DNA of 64,000 bases, from assembly GCA_963667785.2 (NCBI GenBank), contig CAXXMU010000006.1, forward strand, positions 736,001-800,000. The letters run 5' to 3'. The notes below the pieces were generated by a model, which saw only the letters and a list, made by a program, of their open reading frames with translations, had not been told where the DNA came from and did not search any database. The translations under genes were made by a program, and so were the position numbers. Below, one piece after another: positions 11,855-22,734 of the stretch (its first letter is position 1; every line of letters starts with the position of its first letter). Origin of the DNA: Alphaproteobacteria bacterium. Lineage in GTDB: Bacteria > Pseudomonadota > Alphaproteobacteria > UBA828.

Positions 11855-12094
11855 GGGCGCGGACGAAGGACGTGACGCGACATGCGCGACCGCCTTCGGG
11901 TCCGAAGGCGGGACCTTCCGTGAGCCTCCCCGTGGCCATCCCGCCTGTGAAGGAGCACAACCCTGCGTCATCTTTCGTGCTCGTGACGGTCGGCTGCCCG
12001 CATGGCGCGGCGCGGCGGAGCCTTCGTGCATCCGCTGGCCGGCCGCACGCACCTGCGCAGGGTGCATCCCCGATACCCCAATGGAGTGAACGTA

Positions 12095-13636
<1,542 letters not shown>

Positions 13637-13639
<3 letters not shown>

Positions 13640-13670
13640 CCCGCATTTTTCACCATGGGCACGGCCTGCA
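13637..13670 (+). repeat. Solo family A terminal repeat on the helicase stop codon
   Basis: TAGCCCGCATTTTTCACCATGGGCACGGCCTGC versus family A end TAGCCCGCATTTCTCACCATGGTCACGACCTGC; its TAG is the helicase stop. Confidence 0.8.
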
Positions 13671-13694
13671 TGACCGGGCCTGCGGACGCGGCCG

Positions 13695-14924
13695 TCACAG
13701 CCGGTTCTTGTGGAAGCGGCCTTCCTTCATGATGACGGGGATGTGGCGCCCCTGCTCCTGCAGCAGGCCGAGATCGGCGAGGGGATCGCCGTCCACCACC
13801 AGGACGTCCGCCACGGCGCCCGGCGCGATGGTGCCGAGCTCGCCCGAGCGCTTGATGAGCTGGGCGTTGATCGAGGTCGCTGACCGCAGCACGTCGACCG
13901 GCGGCAGCACCTGGCCGCGAATCAGGAACTCCTGGCTCTGCCGGTCCTGCAGCGGCCCGAGCAGGTCGGTGCCGAAGCCCATGGGCACGCCGGCGGCCCG
14001 GCAGATGTCGAGCGAGCGCAGCCCCTCCTCGCCGAGTCCCTGGAGCTTGTCGGCGAACATCTTGGGCAGCCCGAACTCGGCGCCGGCCTCGATCATGGCG
14101 AAGATCGTCACCAGCGTCGGCACCACGAAGGCGCCGGCGCCTGCCGCGGCCGCCGCCGCGTCGGCGTCGATCAGGGTGCCGTGCTCGATCGAGCGCACGC
14201 CGAGGGCGGCGCAGCGGCGCACCGCGCTCGCGGTGTGCGCGTGCGCCATCACGTAGGTGCGCCGGGTTTCGGCCTCCTCCACGCCGGCCCGGATCTCCTC
14301 GTCGGAATACTGGTCCATCCAGATGGGGTCGGCCGGCGAGAGCACGCCGCCCGAGACCATCATCTTGATCTGGTGGGCGCCCTTGCGGAGCTCCTCCCGC
14401 GCCGCCTGGCGTACCGCGTCCGTGCCGTCGGCGACGCGGGTGATCGGGCCGTGGTAGCCGGAGCAGCCGCAGGGCTCGAAGCGGGTCTGACTGCGCATGT
14501 CGCCGTGCCCGCCGGTCTGGCTCAGCCCGCGGCCCGCGAACAGCACCCTGGGGCCCGCGATCAGGCCGCGCTCGACGGCCAGCGCCAGGCCGAGATCGGC
14601 GCCGCCGGCGTCGCGCACCGTGGTGAAGCCCCGCCCGAGCGCGCCCTCGAGATTGTGCCGCGCGTGCTGGTAGAGGAGCGACGCCGGCATGTCGTCGAGG
14701 GAGGGCACGTTGAGGTCGACGAGGAGGGCGTGGAAGTGGGCGTCGATCAGGCCCGGCATCAGCGTGCGGCCGCCGCAGGCGATGCGCACGGCATCCGCAG
14801 GTGCGGAGACGGCGCCGTCGGCGACCTCGACGATGCGGCCCTCCTCCACCACCACCGTCACGTTCTCGCGCGGCTCGGCCGAGACGCCGTCGAACAGCCT
14901 GCATCCCTCGAAGAGGATCGTCAT
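13695..14924 (-). CDS. Metal-dependent amidohydrolase (Xaa-Pro dipeptidase-like)
   Basis: PGLIDAHFH, GFTTVRDAGG, IKMMVSGG, AHAH, SIEHG, GTD. Confidence 0.88.
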   Translation of the reverse strand: MTILFEGCRLFDGVSAEPRENVTVVVEEGRIVEVADGAVSAPADAVRIACGGRTLMPGLIDAHFHALLVDLNVPSLDDMPASLLYQHARHNLEGALGRGFTTVRDAGGADLGLALAVERGLIAGPRVLFAGRGLSQTGGHGDMRSQTRFEPCGCSGYHGPITRVADGTDAVRQAAREELRKGAHQIKMMVSGGVLSPADPIWMDQYSDEEIRAGVEEAETRRTYVMAHAHTASAVRRCAALGVRSIEHGTLIDADAAAAAAGAGAFVVPTLVTIFAMIEAGAEFGLPKMFADKLQGLGEEGLRSLDICRAAGVPMGFGTDLLGPLQDRQSQEFLIRGQVLPPVDVLRSATSINAQLIKRSGELGTIAPGAVADVLVVDGDPLADLGLLQEQGRHIPVIMKEGRFHKNRL

Positions 14925-14953
14925 CGCGCCCGTCCTCCGGCTCCGCCCGCCGC

Positions 14954-16714
14954 CTACCAGCCGAGCGCGTAGGCCGGCCGGCGCGGGTCGGCGCCGGCGG
15001 ACAGCACGCCGCGGGCGACATCCTGGACGAGCACGCACATGGCGCCGGCGGGCCAGGCCCACTCGGGCCACCACTCGACCCCGTGCCCCCAGGCCGCCAG
15101 CGTCTCGCCGGTGGCCTCGGGTATCCGCGCCTCCAGCATCAGCCGTCCCGGATGGTACTCGTGCGGCTCGAAGGAGTTGGGGAAGCTCATGGTGGCGAAG
15201 CGCGGCGCCTCGACCGCGGCCTGCGGGTTCATGCCGTGGACCGTGATGTTGACGAAGGCCTGGAGCATGGCCTGGATCTGAACGTCCCCGCCCGGCGTGC
15301 CCAAGGGCATGACGAACGCGCCCTCGCGAATGGCGAGCGCGGGGCTGGGCGTGAGCCGGGGGCGCTTGCCGGGTGCCACGGACGATGCGTGCGCGGGGTC
15401 CGCCCAGGACTGCGCGCCGCGCGAAGAGGCGCAGAGCCCGGTGCCGGGGATCACCGGGGAATCGAAGGAGATGTCGCTCGGCGTCGCCGAGAAGACGTTG
15501 CCCTCCGCATCGATGGTGCAGACGTAGGAGGTATCGTGCGCGGCCTCGGGCGTGCCCGAAGCGGCCTCGGCCAGGCTCTCCCCTTCCGCCGCGAGGCCCC
15601 GGCGCGGATCGCCCGCCGGCGGCATGCCGGGCCAGGCCTCGCCCGGCCTGATGAGGGCGCGGCGCCGCGCGCTGTAGTCGTCGGAGAGGAGGGCCTCGAG
15701 AGGCACGTCGACGAAGCGCGGGTCGCCGTACCAGCGCTCGCGGTCCGCGAAGGCGAGCTTCAGCGCCTCCGCCATCATGTGGAGCGCATCCGCGCTGTTG
15801 TGGCCGTGCGCGGCCAGCGCATCCGCGTCGAGCAGGCGGAGCGCCTGCAGCAGCGCCGGCCCCTGGCACCAGGCCCCGCAGGCGTAGACGTCCGTGCCGG
15901 CGAAGGACACCCGCTCCGGCGGCTCGACGGCGACGCGGAAGGAGGCGAGGTCGTCTTCCGTGAGCAGGCCGCCGTTCTCCCGGTGGAAGCGGGCGATGGC
16001 GGCGGCGATATCGCCCCGGTAGAAGGCGGCGCGGGCGGCGGCAAGCCCGGCGGCGCGGTCGCCCCCTGCGGCGCGCTCCTCGTCGGCCATGTACTGGAGC
16101 GAGCGCCCGAGGTCGGCCTGCACGAAGAGATCGCCCACCGCGGGCGGGCGACCGCCCGGCAGGTAGATCGCCGCGTTCGACGGCCAGCGGCTGTAGGCGT
16201 CGGCCTTGTTCGCGATCACGCGCGCCATCAGCGGGTACATGACGAAGCCGTCGCGCGCGAGAGCGATCGCCGCCTGCGCCGCCTCGCCGAAGCTCATGGT
16301 GCCGTGGCGCTCCAGCGCGGTGATCCAGGCATCCGGCGCGCTCGGCACGACGGTGCGCAGCAGGCCCGGCGGGATGTGCCCCTCATGCTCCCGCTGGAAG
16401 AGATCGGGGGTGACCGCGGCCGGCCAGGTGCCGAGGCCGCTGATGGTCTCCACCCGGCCCGTATTCGCGCTGTAGAGGATGATGGGCGCGACGCCCGCGA
16501 CGTTCACCAGGTCGCTGTGCACGACGCCGAGCGCGATGCCGGCGGCGACGCCCGCGTCGATGGCGTTGCCGCCCGCCTCGAGGATGGCGAAGCCGGCCTG
16601 CGCCGCCAGATAGTGGCCGGCGACGATGGCGTGCCGGCGTGCGCGGACGACCGGGCGCAGGGCGTCGATCGCCTCCGGGTCGAAGCGCGCGTACTCCCCT
16701 TCCGGCTTCGTCAT
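14954..16714 (-). CDS. Gamma-glutamyltransferase family protein
   Basis: GGNAIDAGVAA, AFADRERWYGDP, nucleophile DTSYVCTID, PGKRPRLT, GTPGGDVQ, GADPRR. Confidence 0.9.
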   Translation of the reverse strand: MTKPEGEYARFDPEAIDALRPVVRARRHAIVAGHYLAAQAGFAILEAGGNAIDAGVAAGIALGVVHSDLVNVAGVAPIILYSANTGRVETISGLGTWPAAVTPDLFQREHEGHIPPGLLRTVVPSAPDAWITALERHGTMSFGEAAQAAIALARDGFVMYPLMARVIANKADAYSRWPSNAAIYLPGGRPPAVGDLFVQADLGRSLQYMADEERAAGGDRAAGLAAARAAFYRGDIAAAIARFHRENGGLLTEDDLASFRVAVEPPERVSFAGTDVYACGAWCQGPALLQALRLLDADALAAHGHNSADALHMMAEALKLAFADRERWYGDPRFVDVPLEALLSDDYSARRRALIRPGEAWPGMPPAGDPRRGLAAEGESLAEAASGTPEAAHDTSYVCTIDAEGNVFSATPSDISFDSPVIPGTGLCASSRGAQSWADPAHASSVAPGKRPRLTPSPALAIREGAFVMPLGTPGGDVQIQAMLQAFVNITVHGMNPQAAVEAPRFATMSFPNSFEPHEYHPGRLMLEARIPEATGETLAAWGHGVEWWPEWAWPAGAMCVLVQDVARGVLSAGADPRRPAYALGW

Positions 16715-17979
16715 GGCCGCTCCTGATTGGCGAGGTCGACGAGGCAGGCGGCCAGGGTGCCTGCGCCGGCGGCGAGGTCGGCGGGCGTGGCGTTCTCCGC
16801 CTCGTTGTGGCTGACGCCCCGCTCGCAGGGCACGAAGATCATGCCGGTGGGGCAGAGATGATTGATGTGGCCCGCGTCGTGGCCGGCACCGGACGGCATC
16901 CGCACGACCGGGTGGCCGAGGGTCTCGGCGTAGCCCTCCACCATGGCGATCACGTCCGCATCGAAGGTGAGCGGCGCATGCGCCATGAGGGGGCGGACCG
17001 TGACCCCGCAGCCCCGCGCGTGCGCCTCGCAGGTGGGCGCGATGCGCGAGCGGATGCGCTCGATCACCGCCGTGTCGGGATGGCGGAAGTCGACGGTGAA
17101 GAACGCGCGGCCCGGCACCGTGGCGGGCGAGCCGGGGTGGCACTCGAAGCGCCCCACGGTGAAGCGCACCGTGTCGCTCTCGTCCGCCATCAGCTCCTCG
17201 AGAGCGCTCACCATGGCGACCGCCGCCTTGAGCGCGTCCCTCCGCGTCCGGAGCGGCGTGGTGCCGGCATGCGCCTCCGCGCCCGTCACCTCCACGGCGT
17301 ACCAGTAGAGGCCCTGGATCCCGGTCACGGCGCCGATGGTCAGCCCCTCGTTCTCAAGCCGCGGCCCCTGCTCGATATGCGCCTCGACATAGGCCGCGAA
17401 GGGATGGCCGAAGGGGCGCTGCGGCAGCCCCGGCGTGGAGGCGAGCGTCTCCGTCAGCGCATCCGCGAGCGTCACCCCGTCCGTGTCCGCGAGCCCGAGC
17501 TGGTCTTCGAGGCTGAGCACGCCGGCGAAGACGGCCGAGCCCATGGCGCCGGGCTGGAAGCGCCCGCCCTCCTCGTTGGTCCAGGCGACCACGTCGATGG
17601 GCCGCTCGGTCTCGACGCCGGCACGCTGGATGGCCTCCAGCGCCTCGAAGCCGCCGACGACGCCGTAGGCGCCGTCGAACTTGCCGCCGCGCGGCTGGCT
17701 GTCGAGATGGCTGCCGGTCACCACGGGTGCGGCGTCCGCCCGCCGGCCGGGGCGGCGGATGTAGAGGTTGGCGATGGCGTCGGTCTCGACCTCGAAGCCC
17801 AGCGCGCCGGCCCACTCCAGCATCAGCGCACGCGCGCGCCGGTCCTCGTCCGAGAGCGCGGCGCGGTTGACGCCGCCCGCCTCGGTCGCGCCGATCTCGG
17901 CCATCGCCATCTGGCGCGACCAGAGCCGCGCCTCGTCCACCGCGGCCGCCGCCGCGAGCGCCTCGGCCCTAGCCCGCAT
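16711..17979 (-). CDS. Zn-dependent M20 hydrolase (allantoate/N-carbamoyl-amino acid amidohydrolase family)
   Basis: GSHLDSQPRGGKFDG, WTNEEG, EAHIEQGP, HAGTTP, SGAGHDA, SHNEAE. Confidence 0.9.
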   Translation of the reverse strand: MRARAEALAAAAAVDEARLWSRQMAMAEIGATEAGGVNRAALSDEDRRARALMLEWAGALGFEVETDAIANLYIRRPGRRADAAPVVTGSHLDSQPRGGKFDGAYGVVGGFEALEAIQRAGVETERPIDVVAWTNEEGGRFQPGAMGSAVFAGVLSLEDQLGLADTDGVTLADALTETLASTPGLPQRPFGHPFAAYVEAHIEQGPRLENEGLTIGAVTGIQGLYWYAVEVTGAEAHAGTTPLRTRRDALKAAVAMVSALEELMADESDTVRFTVGRFECHPGSPATVPGRAFFTVDFRHPDTAVIERIRSRIAPTCEAHARGCGVTVRPLMAHAPLTFDADVIAMVEGYAETLGHPVVRMPSGAGHDAGHINHLCPTGMIFVPCERGVSHNEAENATPADLAAGAGTLAACLVDLANQERP

Positions 17980-18266
17980 TTCTCACCATGGTCATGGTCT
18001 GCGCGGCGCTGTCCGGCCGACAGGGTAGGAGAGGCGCGCAGCGCGTCGCGCGGGTACGCGCGCCTTCGGCGCGACGCGGGACATCGGGCAAGCGGCTTGA
18101 CGCACTCTGTCGGCCGGACGGCGCCGCCCTTCGGGTCGCGCCCAGGCGCCCGCCCGCGGCGTCGCGGGTCTCAACCGTATTCCCCGATACGCTTCTCGAC
18201 CCGCTCCTGGCGGATCGAACACCTGGGCGCGACGCAGGCCGCGACCATGGTGAGAAATGTGGGCCA
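17970..18266. mobile_element. Family A MITE-like structured element, full copy 1 (297 bp)
   Basis: About 34-bp imperfect terminal inverted repeats (TAGCCCGCATTTCTCACCATGGTC...) and nested internal hairpins; near-identical to 58435-58704 apart from a 27-bp extra hairpin. Confidence 0.85.
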
Positions 18267-18347
18267 ACGTCCATCGCATCCCTCCCGGCCCGCACCGTAG
18301 AGCACGCAAGGACGCAAGCAAAGCTGGCGCCCGAGGGATAAGAATAC

Positions 18348-19013
18348 TCAACCCCGCTTGCGGCAGATGGTGAGCCCGTCGCCCAGCGGCAACATGGCGA
18401 TCGTCACTCGCTCGTCGTCCCGGATCTTCCTGTTGAGCGCATCGACGACGGGCGCGTTCTCGCCCCAGCGCTCGGGCTCGGCGATCTGGCCCATGTGGAA
18501 GGTGTTGTCGATGAGGATCAGCCCGCCGGGGCGCACCAGGGCGAGGCAGTGCTCGTAGTAGATGTCGTAGCCCGACTTGTCGGCGTCGATGAAGGCGATG
18601 TCGTAGGCGCCCTCCCGGCCTTCCGCGCGGAGCGCAGCCAGGCTCTCGCGCGCATCGCCGAGGCGAAGCTCGATCCGCTCGGCGAGGCCCGCCTCGGCCC
18701 AGTAGCGGCGGGCCGTCTCGGTGTAGTCGGCATTGATGTCGAGCGCGGTGAGCCGGCCGTCCGCGCCCATCGCCTGGGCGACGGCGAGCGCGCTGTAGCC
18801 GGTGAAGACGCCGACCTCCAGCGCGCGGCGGGCCCCGATCAGCTCCGCGAGAAGCGCCATAAGGGTGCCCTGCTCCGGCGAGATCTGCATCATCGCCCAC
18901 TCGTGGCCGGCGGTCTCCTCGCGCAGCCGGCGCTGCACGTCGGTCTCGCGCACGCCGTGGGCCTGGAGGTAGTCGTGCAGCGCGTCGGTCAGCGCGGTCG
19001 GACGGGCGGACAT
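18348..19013 (-). CDS. Class I SAM-dependent O-methyltransferase (caffeoyl-CoA OMT family)
   Basis: MQISPEQG, LEVGVFTGYS, FIDADK, GGLILIDN, GDGLT. Confidence 0.9.
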   Translation of the reverse strand: MSARPTALTDALHDYLQAHGVRETDVQRRLREETAGHEWAMMQISPEQGTLMALLAELIGARRALEVGVFTGYSALAVAQAMGADGRLTALDINADYTETARRYWAEAGLAERIELRLGDARESLAALRAEGREGAYDIAFIDADKSGYDIYYEHCLALVRPGGLILIDNTFHMGQIAEPERWGENAPVVDALNRKIRDDERVTIAMLPLGDGLTICRKRG

Positions 19014-19050
19014 GGCCTCTCCTGCGGGGCGGACTCTCGGCCGGGAACGA

Positions 19051-20061
19051 TCAGCGTGCGGCGCGCCAGACGATGCCCAGCGCCTCGATCACGTCGAGGG
19101 TGCGCGCCACGTAGTGATCGCGCACGGTGAAGCGGCTCTCGCCCCGGCCGGTCAACTCGGCCTCGAGGCAGTCGAACAGGCGCCTGAGGCGCCGCTGGTG
19201 CAGGCCGAGCCGGCGCTGGATCGGATCGGTGACGACGCCCGAGAACGCGCCGACCACGGCGCCCGCGGCCAGCAGGCCGCCGGTGAGGCCGATGCTGAGC
19301 GCCGCCGGCGCCGCCGCCGGAAAGGCGCCGTACCAGAGCGCGCCGACGCCGGTGCCGAGGGGGAAGCCCGCGATCGCCGCATGCTGCACCATCATCTGCG
19401 CCGCCGCCGGCCCCAGCGACATCATGCCCGGCGTCAGCTTCTTGAAGGCCACCGCGCCGACGCCGGCGCTCACCGCTGCGGTCGTGAGATCGGCCGCCGA
19501 GACCCGGGTTCCCTCGTAGGTGCCGGCCGCGCCGGCAAGCCAGGCGCGGAAGGCCTCTTCCTGCGCCGGCGAGGGCGGCACGCCCGCGCCGGCCTCCCCG
19601 ATGCGCCCATCCCGCAGGATTTCCTCGGCGAGCGCATCGCGCGTCGAGACCCGCTCGCCCTGGCGGAACGGGAGCTCCAGGAGCTCGGTGTAGAGACGCC
19701 ACTCGAGCTCGCGGGCCACGCCCGTCTGCAGGAAGTAGCGCCGGCGATCGAGCCAGTCGGCCGCAGGCGCGAGGCCCGTGCGCCGTGCGAGGCCGGCGCT
19801 TACCCGCGCGGCCAGATGGGGCGCCGACAGCGCGAGATTGGCCGGCGAGCGCAGCAGGTCCCAGCCGAGCGCCCGCCGGTGGAGCCGGAGAGTGCCGGGC
19901 AGCGAGAAGGTGCGATCGACGAAGGCGTCGATCATCGCCCGCCGCGCCTCGCAGTAGCGCCGCGCGGCGTCCTCCACGATGAGGCGCGCCTCCGCCTCGT
20001 CGCTCGCCTCCGCGCGTACCACAGGAGCCGTCGGGGCCGCGGCAGGCGTCCGGGCGGACAT
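19051..20061 (-). CDS. Conserved membrane-associated hypothetical protein (DUF6635-like)
   Basis: LHRRALGWDLLRSPAN, TDPIQRRLGLHQRRL; host-like codon use. Confidence 0.65.
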   Translation of the reverse strand: MSARTPAAAPTAPVVRAEASDEAEARLIVEDAARRYCEARRAMIDAFVDRTFSLPGTLRLHRRALGWDLLRSPANLALSAPHLAARVSAGLARRTGLAPAADWLDRRRYFLQTGVARELEWRLYTELLELPFRQGERVSTRDALAEEILRDGRIGEAGAGVPPSPAQEEAFRAWLAGAAGTYEGTRVSAADLTTAAVSAGVGAVAFKKLTPGMMSLGPAAAQMMVQHAAIAGFPLGTGVGALWYGAFPAAAPAALSIGLTGGLLAAGAVVGAFSGVVTDPIQRRLGLHQRRLRRLFDCLEAELTGRGESRFTVRDHYVARTLDVIEALGIVWRAAR

Positions 20062-20076
20062 CTCGGTCGTGGTGGG

Positions 20077-21468
20077 CTATGTGGCGCCCGCCCCGTCTTC
20101 TTCAAGACAGGGCGCGCGGCGCAGGTGCCATTCCGTCGCCTGCTGGTAGGCGTGGCCGACCCGGAGCAGCAGCGGCTCCGCCCCCCAGGCGCCCTCCAGC
20201 ATCATGCCGATGGGGAGCCCGTCGGAGGAGAAGCCGCAGGGCACCGAGAGGCCCGGGATCGAGGCGAGCGCCCCGCCGTAGGTGAAGCGCGTCGCATCCT
20301 GGGTGGCGCGGTGGAGGCTGCGGTCGTCGGCAATCGGCGGCGCCGGCCGGGGCGTGGTCGGCGCCAGCAGCACGTCCACGCTCTCGAAGACGCCCGCCAG
20401 CGCACGGCGCCAGGCCTCGCGGCCGCGCATGGCCTCGGCATAGTCCACCGCGCTGAACGTGCGGCCCATGATCATGCGCTCGTAGACCGCCTCCGACAGC
20501 GCGCCGGGGCCGGCGTCGAGCCGCTCCCTGTGATAGGCGCAGGCATCAGCGTAGGCCATGATCGTGGTCCAGCGCTGGGCAGTCTCGGCACCTGCGAGCG
20601 TGACGTCGACCAGGCGTGCGCCCAGCGATTCCAGCACGCCGGCAGCAGCGCGTACCGCGCCCTCGACCTCGCCCGCCACGTCCTCGAAGAAGAAGTTGCG
20701 GGCGAGCCCAATGCGCACGCCCTCGATGCCGTCCTCCAGCCGGGGCAGGAAGTTCTCGAGCGGCAGATCGCGGGAGACCGGGTCGAGCGGGTCGTAGGCG
20801 GCGAGCGCGGCGAAGAGGCGGGCCACGTCCGCCACGCTCCGCGCCATGGGGCCGACGGTATCGTGCGCGACGCTCACCGGCGTGATGCCGCGGATCGAGA
20901 TGCGCCCGTGGGTGGGGCGCAGGCCGGCGGTGCCGGTCATCGAGGCCGGAATGCGCACCGAGCCGCCGGTATCGGTACCGAGCGTGGCCTGCGCCATCCC
21001 GGCCGCGACCGCCGCGCCGGAACCGCCGCTGGAGCCTCCCGGAATGTGCTCCGGATTCCACGGGTTCCGGCACTGGCCGAACACCGGGTTGGTGGAGACC
21101 ACGCCCCAGGCTAGCTCCTGCATGTTGGCCTTGCCGATCAGCACCGCGCCCTGCGCCTTGAGGCGGCCGACCACCGGCGCATCGCTGTTGGGGATGTGAT
21201 CGGCGAGGTAGGCGGCGCCGCTGGTGGTGCGCACGCCCGCGGTCTCGATATTGTCCTTGAGCGCGACGGGCATCCCGTGCAGGAGGCCGAGCCAGCGCCC
21301 CTCCGCGGCCGCCCGGTCGCAGGCATCCGCCTGTTGGCGCGCCGCCTCCGCCGTGGTCGTCGCCATGGCCTTGAGCGAGGGATCGAGCCGCTCGATCTGC
21401 GCGAGGCAGCGCTCGACCGCCGCCCGGGCGGCACCTGGCTCCGGCCTGCCGGCGTCGGGCTCGCTCAT
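20077..21468 (-). CDS. Amidase-signature family amidase
   Basis: ALKDNI, GGSSGGSGAAV, GTDTGGSVRIPA. Confidence 0.92.
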   Translation of the reverse strand: MSEPDAGRPEPGAARAAVERCLAQIERLDPSLKAMATTTAEAARQQADACDRAAAEGRWLGLLHGMPVALKDNIETAGVRTTSGAAYLADHIPNSDAPVVGRLKAQGAVLIGKANMQELAWGVVSTNPVFGQCRNPWNPEHIPGGSSGGSGAAVAAGMAQATLGTDTGGSVRIPASMTGTAGLRPTHGRISIRGITPVSVAHDTVGPMARSVADVARLFAALAAYDPLDPVSRDLPLENFLPRLEDGIEGVRIGLARNFFFEDVAGEVEGAVRAAAGVLESLGARLVDVTLAGAETAQRWTTIMAYADACAYHRERLDAGPGALSEAVYERMIMGRTFSAVDYAEAMRGREAWRRALAGVFESVDVLLAPTTPRPAPPIADDRSLHRATQDATRFTYGGALASIPGLSVPCGFSSDGLPIGMMLEGAWGAEPLLLRVGHAYQQATEWHLRRAPCLEEDGAGAT

Positions 21469-21507
21469 GCGCCGGCGCCGAGGGCAGCCCGCCTCGGCCG
21501 TGCCCTG

Positions 21508-22539
21508 CTACTCGTCGCCATAGACCGCGATGCTGCGGATGGCGTAGTCGCCGCCGCCGTTGACCAGGGACACGCCGTCGAAGGGATCGTCCAGGGCGCT
21601 GCTCTTCACCCGGACGAGCGGGGTTCCGTCGACAGACGCCGTCATGGTCCCGTCGCTCTCGCGCGAGAGCGCGATCATATGGCTCGCGCCGTCCTCGAGA
21701 CCCAGCCTGCCGCCGTGCTCGCCGATCACCGTCACGCCGCGACGGTTGAAGCGCGACAGCACGAGCGCGGGCCTGGCGCCCGGCAGGTAGGAGAGGCGGT
21801 ACCCTGCAGAGCCGCCCCTGCCCTGGAACAGGTCGATCTCGAGCTGGGCGCCCTCGCCGGCGATGCGCGAGGTCATCTCCATCTCGAGGAGAAAGGCATT
21901 GGGGATGGCCGCCTCCAGGGTTATCTCGGCGGGCTCCGGCCCGTCCGCGCCGGTATCCTCGGTCACGACCTCCTCTTCGTCGCTCTCGAAGAGATCGCCG
22001 AGCTTGGTCTCGCCGCTCAGGAGATCGTCGATCGCCTCCTTGCCGCTCTCCAGAAGCTCGTCGCTGCTCTCGAGGAGCTCGTCGCCAGATTCGAGCAGCG
22101 CGTCGCCGGTCTCGATGATGGTGTCGATGGCGTCCTCCGTCAGCGACCAGCCCGCCTCGGGCAGCGCGACCATGGTACGCAGGCCGAGAACGGGATCGAC
22201 CGAGAAGTCGCCGCTCCCCACAGTCCAGCGCGGATCGTCTGTGTAGTCGCCGTCGGTGAAATCGTCGCGGATGAGGGCCTCACGCGGCCGGGCGTCGGCC
22301 ACGTGGGCCGCGATCCTGTCGCGCAGGTCCTGGAGAAAGCGGGGATCCGCCGCCCGCGCGCGATCGGCCTCGTCGATCAGCGCCTCGAGCTCACGCGCGA
22401 GCGCCTCGAGCGCCGCCGTACCGGAGGCCCCGGCATCGTCCGGGCGCCATTCGGAATAACGCGAGCCGTCATCGGCCGCAGCGGCCGGGGCAGCCAACGC
22501 ACCGGCGAGAAGGAGAGTGGCGAGTTGCCTGCGCAGCAT
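21508..22539 (-). CDS. Secreted hypothetical protein with acidic heptad repeats and a probable beta-sandwich C-terminal domain
   Basis: Signal peptide MLRRQLATLLLAGALAAPAAA; ESGDELL-type repeats; beta-strand-like C-terminus. Confidence 0.65.
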   Translation of the reverse strand: MLRRQLATLLLAGALAAPAAAADDGSRYSEWRPDDAGASGTAALEALARELEALIDEADRARAADPRFLQDLRDRIAAHVADARPREALIRDDFTDGDYTDDPRWTVGSGDFSVDPVLGLRTMVALPEAGWSLTEDAIDTIIETGDALLESGDELLESSDELLESGKEAIDDLLSGETKLGDLFESDEEEVVTEDTGADGPEPAEITLEAAIPNAFLLEMEMTSRIAGEGAQLEIDLFQGRGGSAGYRLSYLPGARPALVLSRFNRRGVTVIGEHGGRLGLEDGASHMIALSRESDGTMTASVDGTPLVRVKSSALDDPFDGVSLVNGGGDYAIRSIAVYGDE

Positions 22540-22734
22540 GGAACGCCTCCGGTCTGGTCGCGTCGCCTCGGTCGTCCGTGGTCTAGCCCGGAATCGACGA
22601 GATTGTCGAGCGACAGTCCGGATGCGGCGCGGCGGGTGCCGCACGTTTCCGATCGACGCTGCTTTGGCGCTATGCTGGAAGGGAGTATGGTAGGGTCATA
22701 AATTGCAGCCCCTCGATGGAACAGGAGGCGTGAA

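Noticed and set aside
11954-11963. GAGCACAACC matching part of the tRNA-Gly sequence
   Set aside because: Only 10 nt with no surrounding cloverleaf; compatible with chance.
17969-18341. Small proteins encoded by the family A element (ORFs ending MVRNAG)
   Set aside because: Low-complexity translations of a GC-rich palindrome; frames are not consistent between copies.
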